Below, in pieces: positions 45,652 to 54,113 of a stretch of DNA of 64,000 bases. Position 1 is the stretch's first letter. Each line of letters starts with the position of its first letter. A program made the translations under genes and the position numbers. The notes below the pieces were generated by a model. That model was given only the letters and a program-made list of their open reading frames with translations, was not told where the DNA came from and searched no databases. The DNA lies in NCBI GenBank assembly GCA_964579825.1, contig CAZOHT010000010.1, forward strand, positions 36,624-100,623, given 5' to 3'. The stretch comes from an uncultured Anaerolineaceae bacterium (lineage in GTDB: Bacteria; Chloroflexota; Limnocylindria; Limnocylindrales; CSP1-4).

Positions 45652-46632
45652 CTACGGGGCGTACGTGACGCTGACCGCCAGGTAGTCGAGCGAGAAGTCG
45701 CGGTTGGCGTTCGTGGACGCATCGATGATCCGGACTCGGAAGTTGGTCGTGCTCAACTCGGAGAGCGTCCAGGATCGGCCCCAGGTGTCGTTCGTGGCGC
45801 CGAACACGTAGCTGACCTCGTTGGCGACCGTGATCGCCTGCGTCTTGATCGTCGTCCACGTGGCGCCGCCGTCCCACGACAGCTGGGCACACAACGTGTT
45901 CGTGCTGCTCGCGACCGAGTCGAGCTTGAGGTCCGCCTGGACGCGGATGCCGTCGACGTCCGCGATCGTTCCCGGCAGACCGAAGGCGAAGCCCCAGAAG
46001 CGGTGGCGATCCTTGGTCGTTCCCGGGACCGCGCCCGTGCCGCAGGCTGCCAACGTGCCGGTGCCCGTATTCGTGTCCACGGCGAACCGGTTGTCGCTGA
46101 CGCAGGCACGGGTCGGATTCGTCTGGTAGCCGTTGTTGTCGCCGGCGCCGGTCGTATCCGCTGCCTGGTTGACGCACGGCGCGAAGGTCGTCGACGTGGC
46201 CGTGACCACGGCCGTCGCCTGGTTGCTGACCGCGCTGGTCCAGCTGGCGTAGGTCGTGCGCACCACGTAATACCAGGTGCCCGCACCAGGGCTGTCGGTG
46301 GCGGTCGTGGCCGAACCGGGGGTGACGGTCGAGACGAGCGTGTAGCCGCTGCCGCTGGTCGCGGATCGATAGATGCCGTAGCCGGTGGCATAGGCATCCG
46401 CACTCGGCGTCCAGGTCAAGGTCACGGTCGCACCGCCCGTCGCGGCGACGCCGGTCGGCGGCGCGAGGGTGTCGGCGGCGAATGAGGCGGTGGACGTCGC
46501 GGTGTCCGTGAAGCGCGCAAGGGTCCTGGTCGCCGGGATCCCGACGACCAGGAGGAGCGCGACAGCGATCAGGAACGGGCCGCGACGGCGCACGCGTTCA
46601 GGCCCCCAGCCGAGGGGGCCGCGACGGCGCAC
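45652..46632 (-). CDS. secreted protein with SipW-type signal peptide, FN3-like domain and unknown C-terminal domain
   Basis: The N-terminus ...FLIAVALLLVVGIPATRTLARFTDTATSTASFAADTL has the A-x-F-(T/N)-D...F..(G/D)T(L/V) pattern of TasA/camelysin-type signals. An FN3-like segment follows (TVTLTWTPSADAYATGYGIYRS). The 39-bp duplication creates an equivalent alternative start at GTG 46593. Confidence 0.7.
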   Translation of the reverse strand: MRRRGPLGWGPERVRRRGPFLIAVALLLVVGIPATRTLARFTDTATSTASFAADTLAPPTGVAATGGATVTLTWTPSADAYATGYGIYRSATSGSGYTLVSTVTPGSATTATDSPGAGTWYYVVRTTYASWTSAVSNQATAVVTATSTTFAPCVNQAADTTGAGDNNGYQTNPTRACVSDNRFAVDTNTGTGTLAACGTGAVPGTTKDRHRFWGFAFGLPGTIADVDGIRVQADLKLDSVASSTNTLCAQLSWDGGATWTTIKTQAITVANEVSYVFGATNDTWGRSWTLSELSTTNFRVRIIDASTNANRDFSLDYLAVSVTYAP

Positions 46633-46662
46633 GCGTTCAGGCCCCCAGCCGAGGGGGCCGCG
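46577..46662. repeat. perfect 39-bp tandem duplication (about 2.2 copies) across the sipW stop / downstream start junction
   Basis: Positions 46577-46623 are identical to 46616-46662 (offset 39, hand-checked base by base). The unit contains the last sipW codons, TGA, a 4-nt spacer and GTG CGC CGT CGC. Confidence 0.9.
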
Positions 46663-47338
46663 GATCCTCGGTCGCCCAGCGACGCTGGCGCATCCGCCGT
46701 TCGCGCGAGGCGCGCACGACCTCCCGGGCCGTGGCGCGTTCGTAGACGTACGCGATCGTCGGCGCGGGCGGCACGTCCGGCGGTCGGTCGGCCGGCACGG
46801 GCGTCGCGACGAGCGAGGCCCGCGGCTCCAGCAGGACGCCGAGCAGCAACAACACGAGGCCGAACGAGATGACGAACAGGATGCCGCTCGGCGCGGAGTA
46901 CAGGGTCAGGAGGTAGCCGGCGAACGGGATGCCGACGGCCACCCGACCGATGACGGCCACGGCCGGCGTCAGCGATGGATCCGGGGTCGCGTTGGCGTCA
47001 CCCTGCGTCTCGAGCCAGAGCCCGCCGTCGCGTTCGGCGAGCCGGATGATCCGGTGCGTGAAGACGGCGCGGTCGGGCCCGCTGCGCAGGCTGACCACGT
47101 CACCGACGGCCAGGTCCGCCGGGGCGACCTGGTCGAGGACCACAGCCGCGCCGATGGGGATCGACGGCTCCATGGACGGCCCCGCGACCACGAGGGTCGG
47201 GTGGCCGGTCAGGGGCAGGACGCGACCAAGCACGAGGACCCCCAGCGACACCACGACGAGCGCCAGCAGGAGCCCATCGAGGAGTCGCCGGAGGACGGTG
47301 ACCGAGCGGTCGCGGACCGCGCGGTTCGCGCTCGTCAT
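46637..47338 (-). CDS. sipW: signal peptidase I, SipW (archaeal/ER) type
   Basis: VVAGPSMEPSIPIGA (catalytic Ser box), FTHRII (His box) and TQGDANATPD (GDxN box). An N-terminal TM segment and a C-terminal TM segment are present. Confidence 0.85.
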   Translation of the reverse strand: MTSANRAVRDRSVTVLRRLLDGLLLALVVVSLGVLVLGRVLPLTGHPTLVVAGPSMEPSIPIGAAVVLDQVAPADLAVGDVVSLRSGPDRAVFTHRIIRLAERDGGLWLETQGDANATPDPSLTPAVAVIGRVAVGIPFAGYLLTLYSAPSGILFVISFGLVLLLLGVLLEPRASLVATPVPADRPPDVPPAPTIAYVYERATAREVVRASRERRMRQRRWATEDPRPPRLGA

Positions 47339-47350
47339 CGTGATCCCGGG

Positions 47351-47941
47351 TTACGGGTTGTTGGCGGTCTGCTCGGCAGCGAAGGTGAACGTCACCGCGG
47401 AGGTGATCCCCTGCAGGGCGTCCCCGGTGGCCAGCGGCAGATCGACCCGGAAGCACAGGACCTCGTTGGCCAGTCCGGCCAGCGTGCGGTCGCCCGCCTG
47501 GGCACCCTGGGTCGCACTGCCGATGGCCGCACCGTTCAACGCGGTCGTGGCGACCACGATCGTGCCGTCGAACGTCGCGCAGCTCGTGCCGAGCGTTCGG
47601 ACCGTCAGGGTCAGGGCGGTCCCGAGGGTGTTGGTCGCCGTCGTGCTCATGGCATACCGGAACGTCGCCGTTCCCGCGTTCGCGATCGTCATCGCCTGGG
47701 TGTTCGTGTCGCCGGGCATCATGCCGGTCACCGTGAACGCGACGGTCGGGCTGGACGTGATGTCGACGGTGCCAGCGGCGAACGTCCCCGTGGACGCGGC
47801 GGTATCGGTGAAGATGGCCAGCGACATGGCCCCCGCTCCGGCGCTGAGCACGGAGAGGCCGAGGATCGCGGCGAGGATCCGCCGTCGATGGGCCCCGGGC
47901 CGGGCAGGCTGAACCAGATGCGCGCGCTCGGTTTCGGACAA
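47351..47941 (-). CDS. TasA/camelysin-family (peptidase M73-like) secreted fibre protein
   Basis: The signal ...LSAGAGAMSLAIFTDTAASTGTFAAGTVDI parallels B. subtilis TasA (GGTWAAFNDIKSKDATFASGTLDL). The mature part is beta-rich and Thr/Ala-rich. TTG start follows GAAGGAGA. Confidence 0.75.
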   Translation of the reverse strand: MSETERAHLVQPARPGAHRRRILAAILGLSVLSAGAGAMSLAIFTDTAASTGTFAAGTVDITSSPTVAFTVTGMMPGDTNTQAMTIANAGTATFRYAMSTTATNTLGTALTLTVRTLGTSCATFDGTIVVATTALNGAAIGSATQGAQAGDRTLAGLANEVLCFRVDLPLATGDALQGITSAVTFTFAAEQTANNP

Positions 47942-48183
47942 CGGAGACTCTCCTTCGACATGCAGCGGGACGCTGGATCCCCCGACGCCGATCGATGGGT
48001 TCGTGGTTCTCGCCAGCCCGGTCTCGTGCGTCTGCCGCCAGTGAACCGGACGGGAGCCCTCGTCGTCAGGGGACGCAGGGACTACCGGGGGCGGTACCTT
48101 GGTCCCGCGAATCGGCTCGCCTGATGCGACACCGGCGCGACCCTGGCCGGATCGGTGCGTCGGCGCGCTGGGCCATTGGTCCT

Positions 48184-48203
48184 GCCCGCCTCGACGGGCG
48201 GGC
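48184..48203 (-). terminator. possible GC hairpin terminator after the enoyl-CoA hydratase gene
   Basis: GCCCGCC-tcgacg-GGCGGGC lies 8 nt downstream of the stop at 48212. No U-tract. Confidence 0.3.
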
Positions 48204-48211
48204 CCCCGCGG

Positions 48212-49063
48212 TCACGCGGTCGGCGTTTCTCCGAGCCCGCTCTCGGCGAGGCGCTCGTCGTAGCGTCGGTCGCGCCAGGCGAGGGCCGCCTTCAGCCCGT
48301 CGCGCTTGACGATGGTGTCCCATTCGCGCTGCTCGGGCGTGTCGGCGGCATTGATGATCGCGCCGAGGTCCAGCCCGGCCTGGACGGCCAGCCGGAACCC
48401 GGCCGCGTCCATCGCCCGGTTGAGCATCGCCTTCGTCGGGCCCATGACCTCGGGCGGCGTCCGTGCCAGGCGATCGGCCAGGGCGTCCACCTCGGCGTCG
48501 AGCCGATCGGCCGGCACGACCCGGTTGATGAGGCCGATCCGCTCGGCTTCGACGGCGTCGATGAGGTCCCCCGTCAGCAGCAGCTCGCGGGTCTTCTTCT
48601 GGCCGATGAGATAGGGCATCAGCAGGGTCACCGGCGCGGAGCCGTAGCGGATCTCCGGCTCGCCGAGCTTCGTGCCCTCGGCCGCGACCACCAGGTCGCA
48701 CGCCATGGCCAGTTCGAGCCCCCCGGCGAGGGCGTAGCCGTGGATCTGGGCGATGACCGGCTTCGGCGAATCGAGGATGCGGAGCGTCGCCGCGACATCC
48801 ACGGCCAGCGCCGAGCGCCAGCCGACCGGGCCGCCCATCCCCCCGTCGACCTCCTCGGCGAGGTCGTAGCCCGCCGAGAAGGCCCGGCCCGCACCGGCGA
48901 TGACGATGACCCGGACCTCCGGATCGGCATCGGCCGCCTCCACCGCGGCGACGAGCTGCTCGACGAGCTCCCCGGACAGGGCGTTGAGCTTGGCCGGCCG
49001 GTTCAGCGTGAGCCGGACGCCCCACGGGGTCGACGCCGACAGGACCAGCGCGTCGTCAATCAT
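48212..49063 (-). CDS. enoyl-CoA hydratase/isomerase (crotonase family)
   Basis: LNRPAKLNAL, AGAGRAFSAGYDL and IHGYALAGGLELAMACD (oxyanion-hole motifs). ATG at 49063. Confidence 0.85.
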   Translation of the reverse strand: MIDDALVLSASTPWGVRLTLNRPAKLNALSGELVEQLVAAVEAADADPEVRVIVIAGAGRAFSAGYDLAEEVDGGMGGPVGWRSALAVDVAATLRILDSPKPVIAQIHGYALAGGLELAMACDLVVAAEGTKLGEPEIRYGSAPVTLLMPYLIGQKKTRELLLTGDLIDAVEAERIGLINRVVPADRLDAEVDALADRLARTPPEVMGPTKAMLNRAMDAAGFRLAVQAGLDLGAIINAADTPEQREWDTIVKRDGLKAALAWRDRRYDERLAESGLGETPTA

Positions 49064-51269
49064 CGAACGCCTCCAGGACGACCAGGGCATCGACCGCGAC
49101 GGCACCGGCGGCCGTCGCGATGACCGGGTTGAGGTCCACCTCCACGATGTCGGAGCGCTCGCTGGCCAGGCGCGACAGCCCGACGATGAGGTCCGCGACC
49201 GCCGCACGGTCGACGGCGGCGCCGCCGCGGATCCCCTCCAGGAGCCGACGCCCACGGAGCTCGTCCAGCATCGTCAGCGCCGTCGCGTGACCGACCGGCG
49301 CGAGCCGGATCGCGACGTCGTCGAGGACCTCGGTGAAGATGCCGCCGAGCCCGACGACGACGGCCAGCCCGAACTGGGCATCCCGGCGCAGCCCGACGAT
49401 GAGCTCGACGCCGTCGGCGGCCATCGGTTCGACGAGGAGGCCACGCACGCCAAGGTCGTGCTGGCGCGCGATCTCGAACAGGCGCGCCGCCGCCGCGCGG
49501 ATGGACTCGGCATCGGCGAGCCCCAGGCTGACGAGCCCGAGATCGCTCTTGTGAGCCAGGTCCTCGGCGTCGACCTTGAGGGCGATCGGTCCGGCCAGTG
49601 CCCGAGCGGCCTCGACAGCCGCTTCGGCATCGGCGACCGGGATCGCCCGCGTCACCGATAGACCGGCCCCAGCCAGGAACGCCAGGCTCTCGCGCTCGGA
49701 CAGCGTCCGCGTGACCACGCTGGTCGCGGTGGCGTGCCCCTGGGCCGCCTCGTCCTGTCCGAACGACGTCCGATCGGCCGCGAGTGCGGGCCACTCCGCG
49801 CGCCAGGGTCGACCATCCGGCGCGCCGCGAGCCTCGCGTCGACCCTGCCAGCGCGCGACCGACGCGATGGCGCTGAAGGCCTCGACCGCACCGCGCAGCA
49901 ATGGGGCGCCGTCGCCGTGCTCGTCGAGCAGGGCCTTGATCTCTGGCGGATGCTCGCCCGAGGTGAGCGAGACGTAGACCGGCAGGATCGCGGGCCGGTC
50001 GCGGGTCGCCGCCAGCAACGGCCGCGTCACGTCGAGGGCCGTCTCCACCTCCGCCGGCATGGACCGGTAGGGGAAGTCGTGCACGAGCACCAGCACGTCA
50101 TAGGCGCCCGAGGCGGCCATCGCCTCGAAGCAGGCGCCGTACGCCGCCGTCGGCTCGTCGGCGCCCCAGGGATCGAGCGGGTTGCCGATGTAGCCCATGG
50201 TCGGGAGGCGCTCGAGGATGGCCGCCCGGGCCGGCTCGGGGATCGGCGGCAGGTCCAGCCCGGTCGTCGGCACCAGATCGGCGACGAGCGAGGCCTCGCC
50301 GGTCGACACGGTCACGACCCCCGTCCGGCCGCGACCGACACCGCGGCCACTGCGGCGGACTCCCTCCACGAGCTCGGCGGTCTCGAGCAGCTCATCCAGG
50401 TCGCGGCAGCGGATCACGCCCGCCGCGTCGAGCGCGGCGTCGGTGACGCGAGTCTCGCCCGCGAGCGAGCCCGAGTGCGCGACCGCGGCGGCCTGGGCCT
50501 GGTCGCTCCGGCCGACCTTGACAACCATGATCGGCTTGCCGAGCTGGAGCGCCCGGTCGGCCAGCGCCAGGAACCGCTCCGGACGCTTGAACCCCTCGAC
50601 GAACAGGATGACCGAGTGCGTCTCGGGGTCGTCCAGGCAGTACGCGAGGTAGTCGCAGACGTCGAGGACCACTTCCGAGCCGCAGCTGATGATCCGGCTG
50701 AACCCGACCCTCGATCCGGCCTGGATGAACGCGTCCGTGACCGATCCGGACTGGGCGATCCCGGCCACGCCACCCAGCGGCTGGTACGGCGACACGTCGC
50801 CGATGTACGAGGCGCTGTTGGCGGTGAGGTCCACGACGCCCATGCAGTTGGGACCGACCAGGGCGATCCCGTGCCGACGGGCGATCTCGGCGACCTCGTC
50901 CTGCATCGCGGCGGCCGCGGCACCCCCCTCCACGACACCGCCGCCCGGGATGATGACCGCGGGCACCCCGGCGGCGGCCGCATCGCGGGTGACCATCGCG
51001 GCCCGGAGCGGGTTGAGCGCGACGACCGCGACGTCCGGCCGTTCGGGCAGGTCGGCGAGGCTGGAGTAGCAGGGCTGGCCGAGCAGCTCGGTGTAGTTCG
51101 GGTTCACGAAGTGGCAGCGGGTCGCGCTGCCCATCACGCGGAGGTTGTCGCGCACGGTCTCCGCGATCCCCGTCCGCGGCGACGCCCCCACGACCGCCAC
51201 GGACCTGGGCGCGAAGAGCGGCCGCAGGTCGATGGCGCCCGTGGTCGTGCTCGCGTCGGGGGCCGTCAT
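49056..51269 (-). CDS. acyl-CoA synthetase (NDP-forming), fused CoA-binding/ligase plus ATP-grasp domains
   Basis: SVAVVGAS, GPNCMG and the phosphohistidine region AVAHSGSLAG, with a C-terminal ATP-grasp (IALKV...LVEPM). ATGA overlap with the upstream ACAD. Confidence 0.85.
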   Translation of the reverse strand: MTAPDASTTTGAIDLRPLFAPRSVAVVGASPRTGIAETVRDNLRVMGSATRCHFVNPNYTELLGQPCYSSLADLPERPDVAVVALNPLRAAMVTRDAAAAGVPAVIIPGGGVVEGGAAAAAMQDEVAEIARRHGIALVGPNCMGVVDLTANSASYIGDVSPYQPLGGVAGIAQSGSVTDAFIQAGSRVGFSRIISCGSEVVLDVCDYLAYCLDDPETHSVILFVEGFKRPERFLALADRALQLGKPIMVVKVGRSDQAQAAAVAHSGSLAGETRVTDAALDAAGVIRCRDLDELLETAELVEGVRRSGRGVGRGRTGVVTVSTGEASLVADLVPTTGLDLPPIPEPARAAILERLPTMGYIGNPLDPWGADEPTAAYGACFEAMAASGAYDVLVLVHDFPYRSMPAEVETALDVTRPLLAATRDRPAILPVYVSLTSGEHPPEIKALLDEHGDGAPLLRGAVEAFSAIASVARWQGRREARGAPDGRPWRAEWPALAADRTSFGQDEAAQGHATATSVVTRTLSERESLAFLAGAGLSVTRAIPVADAEAAVEAARALAGPIALKVDAEDLAHKSDLGLVSLGLADAESIRAAAARLFEIARQHDLGVRGLLVEPMAADGVELIVGLRRDAQFGLAVVVGLGGIFTEVLDDVAIRLAPVGHATALTMLDELRGRRLLEGIRGGAAVDRAAVADLIVGLSRLASERSDIVEVDLNPVIATAAGAVAVDALVVLEAFDD

Positions 51270-52441
51270 CCCACGACGCGGCTGACGCCGCGCTTCTCGA
51301 GGGCGCGTGCCACCACGAGTCGCTGGATCTCGGACGTGCCCTCCCAGATGCGATCCACGCGCAGTTCGCGGAAGAACCGCTCGGCCGGGAACTCGCGCAT
51401 GTAGCCCCGACCACCGAACACCTGGACGACCCGGTCCGCGCAGCGGAAGGCCGCCTCGGACGCGAACAGCTTGGCGAGGGACGCCTTGGCGTGGATGACC
51501 TTCGGGTCCGCGCCGGTGTCGACGAGCCACGCGCACTCGCGGGTCAGCAGGCGGGCCGCCGAGGCATCGGCCGCGGAGTCCGCCAGCGGGAACGACACGC
51601 CCTGGAAGTCGTAGATCCGTTCGCCGAACTGGATCCGTTCCGTGGCCCACTCGACGGCCAGCGTCAGCAGGCGTTCCATCGCCCCGCTGCAACGCGCGCC
51701 GATGTGGATGCGCTCCTCGACGAACCACTCGTTGGTCATCTCGTCGGCGGCACCGATCTCGCCCAGGATGGCCGACGCCGGGACTCGCACGTCGTCCAGC
51801 ACGAACTGCGGGTGTCGGTCGGCGAACGTGTGCATGTAGTCCGGGTCGTGCTTGATCCGGACGCCGGGCGTGTCGTAATCCACGAGGAACAGGGTCGGCA
51901 GGCGGCGTTCGCCATCGATGACGTTCGCGTGGAAGATCATGAAGTCGGTGTCGTCCGGGCCGGTCACGAACCACTTCTCGCCGTTCAGCCGGTAGTCGCC
52001 GGTCGCCGCGTCACGGACCGCGGTCGCCTGGAGGGTCCGGGGATCGGACCCCGCGCCGTCCTCGGTGATCGCGTAGCTGCCGGATCGCTCACCCCGGTTG
52101 CACGGGTCCAGGTAGCGGACGCGCTGCTCCGGATCGCAGTGGATCAGGACGTTGTAGGCGCCCGGGATGTAGGACCAGAGGCCGCCGGTGACCTGCCCGA
52201 GTTGCTCGTGGACCAGGACCTGCTCCATGGCCGTCCAGCCCTGGCCGCCGAACTCGACCGGCAGCGAGCCCCCGTTCAGGCGAGCTTCGATGGCCGCCGT
52301 GCGAGCCGCGTTGCCGAAGTCGCGCGGGACGCGCCCGCCGAGACGCTCGAATTCGGCCTCGAGCGGCTGCAGGACGTCGGTGACGTAGGCGCGGGCGCGG
52401 GCCTGGAGCTCGAGCTGGGCCGGCGTGAGGGTCAGGTCCAT
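51266..52441 (-). CDS. acyl-CoA dehydrogenase
   Basis: YAITEDGAGSD, KWFVTG and the C-terminal RIWEGTSEIQ are canonical ACAD motifs. Confidence 0.85.
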   Translation of the reverse strand: MDLTLTPAQLELQARARAYVTDVLQPLEAEFERLGGRVPRDFGNAARTAAIEARLNGGSLPVEFGGQGWTAMEQVLVHEQLGQVTGGLWSYIPGAYNVLIHCDPEQRVRYLDPCNRGERSGSYAITEDGAGSDPRTLQATAVRDAATGDYRLNGEKWFVTGPDDTDFMIFHANVIDGERRLPTLFLVDYDTPGVRIKHDPDYMHTFADRHPQFVLDDVRVPASAILGEIGAADEMTNEWFVEERIHIGARCSGAMERLLTLAVEWATERIQFGERIYDFQGVSFPLADSAADASAARLLTRECAWLVDTGADPKVIHAKASLAKLFASEAAFRCADRVVQVFGGRGYMREFPAERFFRELRVDRIWEGTSEIQRLVVARALEKRGVSRVVG

Positions 52442-52546
52442 GGCGCCAAGGATGCGGCACCCGGTGGGACGCCTCGTCCGTCGTCGCGGGCGGCGGGACG
52501 GGCGGGAACGGGACGGACCGCCGGAGCCGCCACGCGACTCGCCCGA

Positions 52547-53992
52547 CTACTGGGGCTGGGCCAGCACCATGATCCGGAGCTCGGTCATGTCGTCGATCGC
52601 CCAGCGCAGGCCCTCGCGTCCCAACCCCGAATCCTTCACACCGCCGTAGGGCATGTGGTCGATCCGGTAGGTCGGGATGTCGTTGACGATGACGCCGCCG
52701 ACCTCCAGCTCCCCGAACGCCCGCCAGGCGCCGGCGAGGTCGTTCGTGAAGACGCCGGTCTGCAGGCCGAACATGCTGTCGTTGACCTGCGCGATCGCCT
52801 CGTCCAGGTCGCGGAACGGGAACGCCACGACGAGTGGCGCGAAGGCTTCGTTGGAGCACACCTGGGCGGTCGTCGGGACGCCGGTGAGGATCGTCGGCGG
52901 GAAGAAGTTGCCGTCAGCCTGGCCGCCGGCGAGGAGCGTGCCGCCGAGCGCGACCGCCTCGTCGACCCAGCGCTGGGTTCGGCTGGCCTGGTTCGCGTCC
53001 ACCATCGGACCGACGTCCGTCGTGGGGTCGAGCGGGTCGCCGACCTTGAGCGCCGCGGCGCCCGCGACGAACCTGGCCATGAACTCGTCCCACACGGACT
53101 CGTGGACGAACATCCGCTGGACGCTGATGCAGACCTGGCCGGCATAGGCGAACGCCCCGATCAGGCAGCGCTTGACCGCCCAGTCGAGGTTCGCGGACGC
53201 ATCGACGATGACCCCGGCGTTGCCACCGAGTTCGAGCACGACCTTCTTCTTGCCCGCCCGCTCCTTCATGCGCCAGCCGACGCTCGGGCTGCCGGTGAAG
53301 GTGAGGAGCTTGAAGCGCTCGTCGGCGACCATCCGGTCACCGACCTCGCGCGTCATCGGCAGGATCGACACGGAGCCTGCTGGCGGCCCGGCGGCCTCGA
53401 TGATCTCGGCGATCGTGAGCATCGTCAGCGGATCCGCCGACGGTGGCTTGAGCACGATCGGGTTGCCACTGGCGATCGCCGGCGCGACCTTGTGGGCGGC
53501 CAGGTTCAGCGGGAAGTTGAAGGGGCTGATCCCGGCGATCGGGCCGATCGGGAAGCGGCGGGTGATGCCGATGCGGTCCTTCGACGACGGCAGCAGGTCC
53601 AGCGGGATGACCTCGCCGACCATCCGTTCGGCTTCCTCGGCACCGAGTCGGAAGGTCAACGAGGCACGATCCACCTCGACGAGCGCGTCACGGATCGGCT
53701 TGCCCGCCTCGAGGGCGATGAGCCGACCGAGTTCCTCGCGCCGCTCACGGATCCCGGCGCTGATCTCGCGCAGGATGCGGCCGCGCTCGTAGGCGGGCAG
53801 GGTCCGAGTGACCTCGAACGCGGCGACCGCGGCCTGGACGGCTTCCTCGTACTGCTCGGGGGTGGCGTTGAACGTCGAGCCGGCCGGCGCCGTCGGATCG
53901 GCCGGGTTGAGGACGGTCAGGACGTCCGGCGACTCCACCCAGCGGCCGGCCAGGAAGATCGGATGCGGTTTCGTGGCGGCGGCGACGGCCAT
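52547..53992 (-). CDS. NAD(P)-dependent aldehyde dehydrogenase
   Basis: FNFPLNL, VVLELGGNA (catalytic Glu) and AGQVCISVQR (catalytic Cys). ATG at 53992. Confidence 0.85.
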   Translation of the reverse strand: MAVAAATKPHPIFLAGRWVESPDVLTVLNPADPTAPAGSTFNATPEQYEEAVQAAVAAFEVTRTLPAYERGRILREISAGIRERREELGRLIALEAGKPIRDALVEVDRASLTFRLGAEEAERMVGEVIPLDLLPSSKDRIGITRRFPIGPIAGISPFNFPLNLAAHKVAPAIASGNPIVLKPPSADPLTMLTIAEIIEAAGPPAGSVSILPMTREVGDRMVADERFKLLTFTGSPSVGWRMKERAGKKKVVLELGGNAGVIVDASANLDWAVKRCLIGAFAYAGQVCISVQRMFVHESVWDEFMARFVAGAAALKVGDPLDPTTDVGPMVDANQASRTQRWVDEAVALGGTLLAGGQADGNFFPPTILTGVPTTAQVCSNEAFAPLVVAFPFRDLDEAIAQVNDSMFGLQTGVFTNDLAGAWRAFGELEVGGVIVNDIPTYRIDHMPYGGVKDSGLGREGLRWAIDDMTELRIMVLAQPQ

Positions 53993-54113
53993 GTGGTCTG
54001 TTCTCCTGCTCGTGCGGTACGGTGCATCATACGACCGCCCTCCCGGGACCTCGTCGCCTCGACGTTCGCGGCGACCTCCCAGCCGCTCACGCCAGAATCG
54101 AAAGGATCCCGCC

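Noticed and set aside
46577-46662. Tandem repeat considered as a CRISPR or minisatellite array
   Set aside because: There are only about 2.2 directly abutting copies with no spacers, and the repeat lies across a coding junction. It is a simple tandem duplication.
46469-48124. 551-aa plus-strand ORF
   Set aside because: It is antisense to sipW and the tasA-like gene. It is Arg/Gly-rich. Its internal repeat RRRTRSGPQPRGP is just the 39-bp DNA duplication read in a non-coding frame.
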